Shown: positions 15,863 through 24,874, counted from the stretch's first letter. The stretch: DNA of 64,000 nucleotides from Nitrospirota bacterium (GCA_015492645.1 WGER01000044.1:12046-76045); one strand, 5' to 3'. The notes: a model not told the origin generated them from the letters alone. Program-made: numbers and translations.

Positions 15863-16733
15863 CCTCAAGAGGTTAAAGATAACACTGGCCATATCGCTGG
15901 TGATCTTTCTCATGGAGGTTATAGGTGGGCTACTCAGTGGAAGCCTTGCCCTGCTGAGTGATGCTGGACATGTACTGACTGACTCCTTTGCACTTGCTCT
16001 GAGTCTGCTTGCCATGTACATAGCACAGAGGCCCTCTGACTTCAGGGCAACCTTTGGTTATCAGAGACTGGGTGTACTTGCTGCTGCCATCAATGGTGTG
16101 ACCCTTTTGCTGGTATCTGTTTATGTGTTTTATGAGGCTGTCAAGAGGTTTATGAACCCTGTAGAGATAGACGTAACCCTTATGGGTGTGGTTGCTGTGA
16201 CCGGATTACTTGGTAATGCGGTAATGGCAGTGATTCTACACAGGGGGCACCATGACCTTAACATAAGAAGCGCCTGGTTACATATAGTAGGAGACCTCCT
16301 CGCATCTGGTGGAGTGGTGGTATCTGCCGGGGTGATATACCTCACTGGGTTCAGGATAGCAGACCCGATTGCAGGTGCCTTTGTTGGGATCCTGATACTG
16401 GCAGGAGGATTGAGGGTTGTGAAGGAGGCCCTGTGGGTATTTCTCGAGTTTACCCCGAGAGGCCTTGACGTGGAGGAAATATCAAGGAGGATATCATCAA
16501 AAGAAGGAATTCTTGGCGTGCACGATATACATCTCTGGGCAATATATCATGGCAGACCCGCCTTTTCAGCCCACATCCTGGTTAAAGACCAGAAACTGAG
16601 CAAGGTGGACTCCATCAGGAAGGAGATCGAGCAGATGCTCAAGAACGACTTCGGTATAGAACATACAGTGCTCCAGATGGAGTGTGTTGAATGTGTACAG
16701 AACGGGCTTTACTGCCAGATGAGAATGGAGTAA
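15855..16733 (+). CDS. Cation diffusion facilitator family transporter (CzcD/ZitB-like)
   Basis: LLSDAGHVLTD and HIVGDLLAS metal-site motifs, six TM helices and a C-terminal cytoplasmic domain. I chose the ATG at 15855, overlapping the mazG stop. Confidence 0.85.
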   Translation: MSNLKRLKITLAISLVIFLMEVIGGLLSGSLALLSDAGHVLTDSFALALSLLAMYIAQRPSDFRATFGYQRLGVLAAAINGVTLLLVSVYVFYEAVKRFMNPVEIDVTLMGVVAVTGLLGNAVMAVILHRGHHDLNIRSAWLHIVGDLLASGGVVVSAGVIYLTGFRIADPIAGAFVGILILAGGLRVVKEALWVFLEFTPRGLDVEEISRRISSKEGILGVHDIHLWAIYHGRPAFSAHILVKDQKLSKVDSIRKEIEQMLKNDFGIEHTVLQMECVECVQNGLYCQMRME

Positions 16734-16792
16734 GTTATGCCGTGATAATCAGTATTGCCAGTTAAATTTAAAAACATGCAAAGGTTCTAAAC

Positions 16793-17902
16793 ATGAAAGG
16801 ACTTTCACTAAAGTTGTTCTTTGAAATTCCGAATAAATTTTTAGAAGACATGGATCAGAGGAACAGTTATAATCCGAGAGCGAATGTCGATTCCTTTATG
16901 AAGTATGAAAAGTCAGTTCAGGTCCTCAGGGACATAAGAGACAACAAGGCATCTCTTTCAAGTAAGCCCATGGTGCTAAAGAATGCAGCACTAACAGGGG
17001 CGGATCTTGAGGGGGTGGATCTGAGCGGGGTGGACCTGAGCGGTTCAGACCTTTCAGGAGCCAACCTGAAAGGGGCGAAACTCTTCAAGGCGAATCTCAG
17101 AAATGTAAACTTAAAAAATGCAAATCTTGAAGGTGCTGAGTTGAGCGGTGCTGATCTGAGTGGAGCACATCTGGAAAATGTCAATGCCAGTGGTGCCGGG
17201 TTTGGTATGGCAAAAATGGTAAAGACGAATCTATTTAACGCCAATTTAGAAAACGCCACTCTGACTATGGCAGACCTCTCTGGTTCCAAGATGCTGTGCT
17301 GCAGATTTACAGGTGCGAGACTCAGAGAGGCAAAGATAATTGATGCAGACCTAACAAACGCAGATTTAAGAAATGCAGATATGTCTCTTTCGGTTGTTAA
17401 GGGATCTAATTTTACCAATGCTGATATGAGAGGTGCCCGTATTAGACTGATTTCCGGATATGAAAAGGCCAAATGGATAGGGGTAGACATCAGGGATATA
17501 AATTTTTCTGGCGCCTATATGATGAGAAGGTTTATTATGGACCAGAACTTTTTAAAGGAGTTTAAAGAGAGGAATCGTCTTACCAGGATTATCTATTATC
17601 TATGGCTTATTACCAGTGATTGTGGAAGGAGTATGATCCGGTGGTGGTGCTGGAGTATTCTCCTGATTACAGTATTTGGAGTGCTGTACTCCATAGTTGG
17701 TGTAGATTACGGAGAGCATAAGACTTGGTTGTCACCCTTTTATTATAGCGTGGTTACCTTCACCACCCTTGGATATGGGGATGTTGTTCCTGCTTCTCTA
17801 CTGGCACAGATGATTGCCATAGTTGAGGTTACAGTAGGTTACATTATGCTTGGTGGCCTTTTGTCTATATTTACAAATAAGATGGCAAGGAGGGCAGAAT
17901 AG
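16793..17902 (+). CDS. Pentapeptide-repeat domain fused to a 2-TM potassium channel pore
   Basis: About 180 aa of A(D/N)LxG-type pentapeptide repeats (nt approx. 16976-17528), followed by TM1, a pore helix with the TTLGYGDV selectivity filter, and TM2. Confidence 0.8.
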   Translation: MKGLSLKLFFEIPNKFLEDMDQRNSYNPRANVDSFMKYEKSVQVLRDIRDNKASLSSKPMVLKNAALTGADLEGVDLSGVDLSGSDLSGANLKGAKLFKANLRNVNLKNANLEGAELSGADLSGAHLENVNASGAGFGMAKMVKTNLFNANLENATLTMADLSGSKMLCCRFTGARLREAKIIDADLTNADLRNADMSLSVVKGSNFTNADMRGARIRLISGYEKAKWIGVDIRDINFSGAYMMRRFIMDQNFLKEFKERNRLTRIIYYLWLITSDCGRSMIRWWCWSILLITVFGVLYSIVGVDYGEHKTWLSPFYYSVVTFTTLGYGDVVPASLLAQMIAIVEVTVGYIMLGGLLSIFTNKMARRAE

Positions 17903-17910
17903 GAGGATGG

Positions 17911-18750
17911 ATGTTCAGACTGTTCAAAAAGAAAAAGGCCGAACAGATAGACTTAAGTGAAATCTTAAAAGACTATGAACTTCCAAGTTTTCCAAGTACT
18001 GTAATGAATCTCCTGTCACTGTTGAGAGATCCCTATTCTGACATGGAAGAGATATCCAGGTTTATAGAAATTGATCCAGGGATGAATGTGAGGGTGCTCA
18101 GGCTGGTGAACTCTGCTGCCTTCGGGATTGTCCAGAAGATAACAAATGTGCATCACGCAGTAATGATGTTGGGAAAGGCACGGATAGAGTCTGTTGTGCT
18201 GTCGATTGCTGTGAAAACCTGTATCCCTACGCCCAGGGTGAGATGTTTTGACATGGAAGAGTTCTGGCGAATATCTGCAAGAAGGGCTGTTCTTGCAAGA
18301 CTTATTGCCCATCAGATTCATCCCCTGACCGAAGTAGAGGCCTTTACTGCAGGACTCCTGCAGGACATGGCAGTCCCCGTGCTCGTAGAAAGTAAGAAGG
18401 AACATTATTGCAGACTCTGGCAGGAATATCTTGACAGCAACACGAATAACCTGAGCGAGATAGAAAGGGACAGACTCGGATATGACCATCAGAGTGTAGG
18501 TGCACTGATGGCAGAAAGATGGGAACTACCCGAGTATTTTGTAAAGTCAATTGCAGGCCATCATGATGGAAGAGATGTGGATGCGGCAGTGCATATTGTC
18601 TCGTTTCTAAGGGAATATGATGGACCTGAGGAGAATGAGATGCTCTTCAAGGTAGCAGAGACAGAATTTGGTATAGGAAAGGAAGAGATGAAGAGGTACT
18701 TAGAGAGTTCCTTCAATGATGCTGAAGAACTGATCAACCTCCTGCAGTGA
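17911..18750 (+). CDS. HDOD domain signalling protein
   Basis: LPSFPSTVMNLLSLLRD...HH..MMLG...GLLQDMAVPVL...DHQSVGALMAERW pattern of the HDOD family. Confidence 0.75.
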   Translation: MFRLFKKKKAEQIDLSEILKDYELPSFPSTVMNLLSLLRDPYSDMEEISRFIEIDPGMNVRVLRLVNSAAFGIVQKITNVHHAVMMLGKARIESVVLSIAVKTCIPTPRVRCFDMEEFWRISARRAVLARLIAHQIHPLTEVEAFTAGLLQDMAVPVLVESKKEHYCRLWQEYLDSNTNNLSEIERDRLGYDHQSVGALMAERWELPEYFVKSIAGHHDGRDVDAAVHIVSFLREYDGPEENEMLFKVAETEFGIGKEEMKRYLESSFNDAEELINLLQ

Positions 18751-19540
18751 GTTTTTTTGCCGGATTGATTTCAAGTGTGTTCTTTGGAGGAAAGAGCAGG
18801 ATTATGCTAATTCTTCTGTTTCTGGGGTCGAGAGGATTATCCGCAATGAGCGGAACAGTATCTGCGTAGCCTGCAACACGCGAAATCCTGTCTGGATTAA
18901 GCCCGTATTTCTCCATCACCTTTCTTGCAGAGAGTGCCCTTTCGGTTGAGAGTTCCCAATTGGTGTAAGATGAAGACCTGTATGAGAGGGCATCTGTATG
19001 TCCCTCAATTGCCACTCTGTTTGGGATGTTTTTGATATTGTCAGTGACTACTTTTAGTATCCTCTCTGCAAGTGGTGTTGGCTGTGCTGAGCCAATCTCA
19101 AACATCTCCTTGCCATTTTTATCAACCAGTTGTATTCTAACCCCTCCTTCAAAGACGTCCACCATAATCTGATCTTTTATATCCGACAGTTTTTCTTCTA
19201 TTTGTCTTCTGAGGGAAGTCCTAAATTCGTTCGCATTTCTATCGGTAAGACCTCTAACTGAAGAGAGTATTGATTGGGAATCCTTTGTCAGGGGTGTCAC
19301 TCTCTCCTGATATTGCATAAAGGAGGTACCACTTTTCTCAAAAAGGCTGAAGTACTTGAAATAATGGGCGATTCTTGCTCTCTTCTCAGGTGAAACCATT
19401 GTCACAAGCCATAACAGAAGAAAAAATGCCATCATTGCAGTTACAAAATCTGCATAGGCCACCTTCCAGCTCCCCCCATGGGTCCCATGGTGGGATGACT
19501 TTCTGATCTTCCTTATTATTATGGCTGGTTTTCTGTCCAT
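18734..19540 (-). CDS. motB: Flagellar stator protein MotB (OmpA-like C-terminus)
   Basis: N-terminal SWKVAYADFVTAMMAFFLLLWL with the conserved Asp, and a C-terminal OmpA-like peptidoglycan-binding domain (NWELSTERALSA...RRI). Confidence 0.9.
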   Translation of the reverse strand: MDRKPAIIIRKIRKSSHHGTHGGSWKVAYADFVTAMMAFFLLLWLVTMVSPEKRARIAHYFKYFSLFEKSGTSFMQYQERVTPLTKDSQSILSSVRGLTDRNANEFRTSLRRQIEEKLSDIKDQIMVDVFEGGVRIQLVDKNGKEMFEIGSAQPTPLAERILKVVTDNIKNIPNRVAIEGHTDALSYRSSSYTNWELSTERALSARKVMEKYGLNPDRISRVAGYADTVPLIADNPLDPRNRRISIILLFPPKNTLEINPAKKLTAGG

Positions 19541-20391
19541 CAGAGTCGCTTAAGGGTGTCTTCCAGTTCTTTAAATGTTGGTCTCACTGCCTCTGGCACC
19601 ATTCTCCTGCCAAACTCAACTGCTATCTGTGGGGCTGTCCCGCCCACAAAAGAAACTATGGCCACCTTTACCACCTGAAAGGGAATGGAAGATTCTCTGA
19701 CGATATGTTCAAGCCGAATGGAAATAGGTCCCACAAACCCGTAACAGAGGAGTACGCCCATAAATGTCCCGACGAGTGCAGCCCCTATACTGTGGCCGAG
19801 CACCTCAGGGGGCTCGTTTATCTTTCCCATTGTCAGGACCACACCGAGCACAGCAGCGACTATACCGAGGCCTGGTAAGGAGTCTGCTAATTTTCCTATA
19901 CTCAACGAAGGGACATTTGCCTGTTGATGCTCCGTCTCCAGTTCAAGGTCGATGAGGTTTTCCAGTTCATGAGTTGCTACATTAGTAGACACTATTACCT
20001 TTAAGTTGTCTGAGATAAAGGTCAACAGTTTGCTGTCTGATGTAACACTGCTGAATCTACTAAAAATTGGACTTTTTTCAGGATTCTCTATATCTGCCTC
20101 TAAGGCTACAAGTCCGTCCTTTTTGGCCTTTGAAAAGAGCAGATAAAGGAGACTGAGAAGGTCAAGATAAAAATACCTGTCCGCAGATCTGTGTCTGAAT
20201 ATATTCAAGACATTACTGATAACCGATGTAAGAACCCTGGGAGGGGATGCGATTATAAAACCACCCAATGCGGCTCCACCAATAATTACAACCTCTGCCG
20301 GCTGAAAGAGGACATTGAGGTTGCCCTTCTCCATCATGAAGCCACCTATTACAGAAAATAGAACAACTACAGCACCCAAAACTGCCAGCAT
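19540..20391 (-). CDS. motA: Flagellar stator protein MotA
   Basis: MotA/TolQ/ExbB channel family, with GLGIVAAVLGVV and GAALVGTFMGVLL segments. 1-nt overlap with motB. Confidence 0.9.
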   Translation of the reverse strand: MLAVLGAVVVLFSVIGGFMMEKGNLNVLFQPAEVVIIGGAALGGFIIASPPRVLTSVISNVLNIFRHRSADRYFYLDLLSLLYLLFSKAKKDGLVALEADIENPEKSPIFSRFSSVTSDSKLLTFISDNLKVIVSTNVATHELENLIDLELETEHQQANVPSLSIGKLADSLPGLGIVAAVLGVVLTMGKINEPPEVLGHSIGAALVGTFMGVLLCYGFVGPISIRLEHIVRESSIPFQVVKVAIVSFVGGTAPQIAVEFGRRMVPEAVRPTFKELEDTLKRL

Positions 20392-20393
20392 AA

Positions 20394-21851
20394 CTATACA
20401 CTGCAGTTGACGGGAATTTCTATTATAAAGGCAGTGCCTCCTGAGGCAGACTCCTCAATATAAATGCTGCCCTTGTGTTCGGAGACAATACTGTATGCGA
20501 TGGAAAGACCGAGACCTGTGCCTATCCCAACGGGTTTTGTCGTAAAAAAGGGTTCAAAGATCCTGTTACGGATATCTGGGTTGATACCAGGACCATTGTC
20601 TTCAATCTTTATCCTGATCTTTCTCTCCGCAGTGTCGTATTCAGTTGTGATTTCTATCCTGCCGTTGTTGATGCCATTTAGGACTATCGCCTGTTCAGCA
20701 TTTAAAAGGATATGAAATATTGCCTCCTGCATTTTTTGTGTATCCATCAGAATACTTGGAATACTACCGATTCTCTTTATCACTTTTATGTTGTTCTTCT
20801 TGAGCCAGTAGTTCCTCAACTCCAGTGTCCTTTCTATGACCGCATTTAAAGAATCTAAGGATTTTGTGTGTTTTCTTGCCCTCGCAAAGGTGAGGAGGTT
20901 TTCTACAATTCTCTTGCATCGTTCTGCAGAATTTAGAATCTTGCTGAGCATCTGTCTTGAGGGGTCTTCACTGGTCAGGGACATCAGCATCTCAGAAAAG
21001 ACGATTATCCCGGTAAGGGGATTGTTTAATTCGTGTGCTATACCCGAGACCATCTGTCCGAGAGCGGTTAGTTTGTCAGTTTGATAGAGGTGTTCCCTCA
21101 GTCTCTGAATCTCTGTTATGTCTTTCATGAGATGAACTGTGTAGTTTTCAACTTCCTTGAAGGGATAGACACTCACTTGATAAAGCCTGCCATCCTTTCT
21201 CTTCTCATAAAAGTAGGGCCTGCCTGCTGAGGAGACGGCATCTTTTGGACAGGACTCTCGCGTCCTGCAGTTGAAGACATCATAACATCTCTTTCCTATT
21301 ATCTCCTCTGGAGATACATTTAGATGCTCGGCAAAGGCGAGATTGGTTTTGATGATCCTGTAGTCGTTGTCAACCACATAGACATAATCAGTGATAGCAT
21401 CCACTATTGCCATCCATTGGTTTCTGCTTGCCCTGATCAGTTCTTCTTTCTTTTCTTTCTGGTTCCGTCTGTGGTGGTCATTCAGTACATGAAACATATA
21501 ATCCACAAGCATTGAGACTCCCTCTTTACTCTTTGGCCAGAGATAGACAGCATCAGACGGGAGGACATCCCTTATTTGTTGTTCTTTTAAAAGAAGTATA
21601 AGGGGCCTTTGTCCATATTCCCTGAGAAATTCTTTCCATCCTTCTATCTCTGTATCCCAGATAATTAAATCAGGATTGTATCCTTTGAAGACTTCAAGAG
21701 TATTTACCTCTGTGAGTGTATTTAACTCAAATTTCTCCACTGTGCCTGTATACAGGTTCTGAATCAGGTCCTTATCCTTTGAGATCAAAAGAACCGAGAC
21801 TGTCCCGATTCGGGAAGGATCTTCTAATCCTATCTGGGGCCTGCCTGTCAT
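20394..21851 (-). CDS. Cytoplasmic PAS sensor histidine kinase with receiver-like N-terminus
   Basis: PAS region (WMAIVDAITDYVYVVD), HisKA HELNNPLTGI, HATPase GTGLGLSIAY. No TM segments. Confidence 0.85.
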   Translation of the reverse strand: MTGRPQIGLEDPSRIGTVSVLLISKDKDLIQNLYTGTVEKFELNTLTEVNTLEVFKGYNPDLIIWDTEIEGWKEFLREYGQRPLILLLKEQQIRDVLPSDAVYLWPKSKEGVSMLVDYMFHVLNDHHRRNQKEKKEELIRASRNQWMAIVDAITDYVYVVDNDYRIIKTNLAFAEHLNVSPEEIIGKRCYDVFNCRTRESCPKDAVSSAGRPYFYEKRKDGRLYQVSVYPFKEVENYTVHLMKDITEIQRLREHLYQTDKLTALGQMVSGIAHELNNPLTGIIVFSEMLMSLTSEDPSRQMLSKILNSAERCKRIVENLLTFARARKHTKSLDSLNAVIERTLELRNYWLKKNNIKVIKRIGSIPSILMDTQKMQEAIFHILLNAEQAIVLNGINNGRIEITTEYDTAERKIRIKIEDNGPGINPDIRNRIFEPFFTTKPVGIGTGLGLSIAYSIVSEHKGSIYIEESASGGTAFIIEIPVNCSV

Positions 21852-22612
21852 TACCTCTGTTTCTGTTTTACCATCTTCAGGTGCTGCCTCTGTTTGTCTA
21901 TTGTGTATTTGAGAATAATCTCTCTAATCGATTCCTCTGCATCCGAAAAGTCAACCGCTACCTCATACCTGCCATTCCCCACACACTCCACTCTTACCAC
22001 TTTACCATAAAGGACCAGACCAGTGGTAGGGAATGTTGGCAGCAACATCTTTATCTCCAACAGGTCACCCTTGGAGACCCTTTCTGATATCTGAAACCTG
22101 GCACCGACAGCACTCAGGTTTACCTTTACTAAGGGGGCATTTACCAGTTCCCTGTCTTCCATTAGTTCAAGCCTCTCCAGTATCATGGATATCTTTGCGT
22201 TTATGTCATAAAGCATCTGCCAGAGCTTAGGATGTATAGATGCATCAGGTGGCTCCTGCGAGAAGGTGAAGCCGGAACCAAGAAACACCCTTGAGCGATA
22301 GAGACAGTTGCTATTAATCTTTCTTGCCACAATGGGCATTACATCGTCCACCCTGAAGTATCTCCGCCTCTCAGGAGACAGTATCCGTAATGTGAGTATA
22401 TCACCGTCAATCTCGGATATCTTGGCATAGAGTCTATCTTCCTCTGCCTCGGGCAGGTCCAGGAGCAGTACCCTCCCTTCTTTCAACTCATCAGAGGGCT
22501 GAAGGACCTTTAGCCTTAAAGAATCTCCTTCTCTTTCTATTAAGAGGGCTTTGTACATAAGGCTGTCAGGAGGTTGACAGTAATAGACCTCTACATTTCT
22601 ACAGTTGTTCAT
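21851..22612 (-). CDS. PilZ-domain c-di-GMP receptor, YcgR-like architecture
   Basis: RRRYFR (RxxxR) and NLSAVG (D/NxSxxG) motifs, with an N-terminal beta-rich PilZN-like region. I chose the ATG at 22612 (GGAAGGGGAG RBS) rather than the ORF-track start at 22669. Confidence 0.7.
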   Translation of the reverse strand: MNNCRNVEVYYCQPPDSLMYKALLIEREGDSLRLKVLQPSDELKEGRVLLLDLPEAEEDRLYAKISEIDGDILTLRILSPERRRYFRVDDVMPIVARKINSNCLYRSRVFLGSGFTFSQEPPDASIHPKLWQMLYDINAKISMILERLELMEDRELVNAPLVKVNLSAVGARFQISERVSKGDLLEIKMLLPTFPTTGLVLYGKVVRVECVGNGRYEVAVDFSDAEESIREIILKYTIDKQRQHLKMVKQKQR

Positions 22613-24083
22613 TTTTTGCTCCCCTTCCAGTAGGTGTCTGGAGGAAGGCCTTGACCACCTCAGGGTCAAACTGAGTGCCTGAGCATCTCAGGAGTTCCTC
22701 TACCGCAGTCTGATGGGAAAGAGCCGGTCTGTAGGGCCTTGTGGAGGTCATGGCGTCATAGGTGTCAGCCACAGTGAGAATCTTTACAAGGAGGGGTATC
22801 TCTCCACCAGTGGCACCTGTGGGGTACCCCCTACCATCCACTCTTTCGTGATGCAGTAATATAAGGTCCCTTTCTGTATTGAACATCTTTAGTGGCCTCA
22901 CAATACTCTCACCAATTACGGGGTGCCTCTTTATCTCCTTCATCTCCTCCTCGGTCAGACGGGAAGGCTTCAACAGTACGGTATCTCTTACCCCGATCTT
23001 GCCTATGTCATGAAGATATCCACCAAACTGAATGGTCTCCTTTTCAGCATTGCTCAGTCCCATCACCTCACATATCTCAAGGGCATATCTTGTAACCCTT
23101 TCAGAGTGGTGTTTTGTATAGGGATCTCTCGCCTCAATGCTTATCACCAGTGACTTCAGTGTATTTATAAGTGTAGTATAAAATATCTCGTACAGTGTGT
23201 TGTTCTCTATCCGGAGGGAGACCTTTTTTGCAAAGGTAATTGCCAGATAAACCTCATCTTCAGAGAATTTGGTGGATGCCACCTTGTTTGTCACGCCGAG
23301 GATACCAAAGACTTCCCCTCCGGTTATCAGTGGCAGAATTAATAAGTCCGTCTGAAGCGCAGTCCCTGTAAAGGGATTTTTATTGCCTGCTTCAACTATA
23401 CAATGGGTCTGTTTCGTGATAACCTTATGGAGATGGATCTCGTCAACAGAGATGCTCCCCTTTATGTCCACTGTGGAACTCTTTATCTGGATATCATCAT
23501 CATTGATTATTCCGAAGTAGGCCTCCTGAGCGGTAAGGAGTCGTGCAATCATCTGGACGATTCTGTCGTATATATCGTTATTGTTGTAGAGTTCATCCAG
23601 TTCCACACTGAGAGCCTGAAGCATTGCGATCTCTTCGAGTCTCTTTATAAGTTCCCTGTAAATGTCTTTATCCTCACTGTCAGCACTGACAGTCTTCAAC
23701 CCTCTCAGAAGCCACCTCTCCCTGGTCAGCCTTTCAACGGTTTCCCTTATCTGGTCTGAATTAAATGGCTTTGTTATAAAGTCCCTGGCACCCTCCTTGA
23801 TCGCGTCAATCGCCACATCAAGGGATGGATAGCCAGTTATAATCGCCACCGGCGTCAGAGGTGCAATTGCCTTCACCTGTCGTATAAACTCCATACCGTC
23901 CATCTTTGGCATCCTGATGTCAGTAAATATGACATCAAAGTCGCCATTTTTTACCTTTCTGATACCCTCCCCGCCGTCTGTCGCAAGTTCAAACTGGTAT
24001 CCCAGCGCCTGCATTATCTGTGACAACACGTCCCTCAGTAGGGGGTCATCATCCACTATAAGGATCTTTGGGCTCCCGATCAT
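22599..24083 (-). CDS. Response regulator with GAF and HD-GYP phosphodiesterase domains
   Basis: Receiver (ILIVDDDP...DVIFTDIRMPKMDG), a central GAF-like region, and HD-GYP motifs HHSERV...GGYLHDIGK...HHERVDGRGYP. Confidence 0.85.
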   Translation of the reverse strand: MIGSPKILIVDDDPLLRDVLSQIMQALGYQFELATDGGEGIRKVKNGDFDVIFTDIRMPKMDGMEFIRQVKAIAPLTPVAIITGYPSLDVAIDAIKEGARDFITKPFNSDQIRETVERLTRERWLLRGLKTVSADSEDKDIYRELIKRLEEIAMLQALSVELDELYNNNDIYDRIVQMIARLLTAQEAYFGIINDDDIQIKSSTVDIKGSISVDEIHLHKVITKQTHCIVEAGNKNPFTGTALQTDLLILPLITGGEVFGILGVTNKVASTKFSEDEVYLAITFAKKVSLRIENNTLYEIFYTTLINTLKSLVISIEARDPYTKHHSERVTRYALEICEVMGLSNAEKETIQFGGYLHDIGKIGVRDTVLLKPSRLTEEEMKEIKRHPVIGESIVRPLKMFNTERDLILLHHERVDGRGYPTGATGGEIPLLVKILTVADTYDAMTSTRPYRPALSHQTAVEELLRCSGTQFDPEVVKAFLQTPTGRGAKNEQL

Positions 24084-24652
24084 CCCATTATTAGCCTCTC
24101 CCTGAGTATCTTCACCTCTTCCTCAGAGAGGAGTCCTTTGTTTTTGAGCATCTCAATCCTCTCAATCCAGTTTGCAATAAGTTCAGGATGGCCTGTCTTG
24201 GCTATCTTTTCAGCAATCCCTATATCCCTGTAAGTCATTTGCAAGAGTTCCTTCAACTCCTTCAGTTCTCTGTAGGTTGAGGCCATATTGAATGCCTTGT
24301 TTGCGAGGAAAACAATCTCTTCCATCTTAAAAGGCTTTGCCAGATAGTCATAGGCACCCTCTCTTATTGCTTCCAGTGCAACCTCTATGGTTCCATAAGC
24401 GGTGATGAGAACCACCATCGTGTCAGGATGGTTCTTTACCGTGTATCTCAAGACCTCAAGACCATCAACACGGGGCATCTTGAGGTCAGTGATAACAAGT
24501 CCAACTTTGTTAACCCTCAGGGTCTTTATTGCCTCAAGCCCATCACCTGCTGTCAGCACAGGATATCCCTCCTTTAAGAGGATTGAGGCGACCGCATCTC
24601 TGGCGAGTTCGTCGTCGTCCACAACCAGTACAGTAAACTCTTCTCTCTTCAA
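24080..24652 (-). CDS. Single-domain response regulator with short helical C-terminal extension
   Basis: VLVVDDDE...LVITDLKMPRVDG...KP receiver motifs. TTG start (no in-frame ATG nearby). ATGA-type overlap with the downstream HD-GYP gene. Confidence 0.75.
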   Translation of the reverse strand: MKREEFTVLVVDDDELARDAVASILLKEGYPVLTAGDGLEAIKTLRVNKVGLVITDLKMPRVDGLEVLRYTVKNHPDTMVVLITAYGTIEVALEAIREGAYDYLAKPFKMEEIVFLANKAFNMASTYRELKELKELLQMTYRDIGIAEKIAKTGHPELIANWIERIEMLKNKGLLSEEEVKILRERLIMG

Positions 24653-24661
24653 TCTCTACCC

Positions 24662-24874
24662 CTATATTCTCAGTTTTTCGGTGTCTTTTATCTTTTGAAG
24701 GACCTCTTTTTTCGTCTCTTCAAGCAAATGCCTCCTCTTGGCTTCAGAGGAGATGTTCACGATGTCTCTTCTGTCAACCTCCTCTTCGGTCTCCTTTTTC
24801 TCGGAGAGGCTTAAATTAGAAACCCTCTTATAAATCTGTACTATATTGTATATCAGTGTTGGAGAAATGCTCAT
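24662..24874 (-). CDS. Small hypothetical protein with FlgM-like N-terminal segment
   Basis: 70 aa, with ATGA overlap to the fliS stop. DIVNISSEAKRRHLL resembles DKVDISARAKQIARL of the FlgM at 60225. Confidence 0.45.
   Translation of the reverse strand: MSISPTLIYNIVQIYKRVSNLSLSEKKETEEEVDRRDIVNISSEAKRRHLLEETKKEVLQKIKDTEKLRI

Noticed and set aside
16918-17490. 190-aa ORF antisense to the pentapeptide-repeat region.
   Set aside because: It is a repeat-driven shadow frame. The sense frame gives canonical pentapeptide repeats joined to a K+ channel pore.
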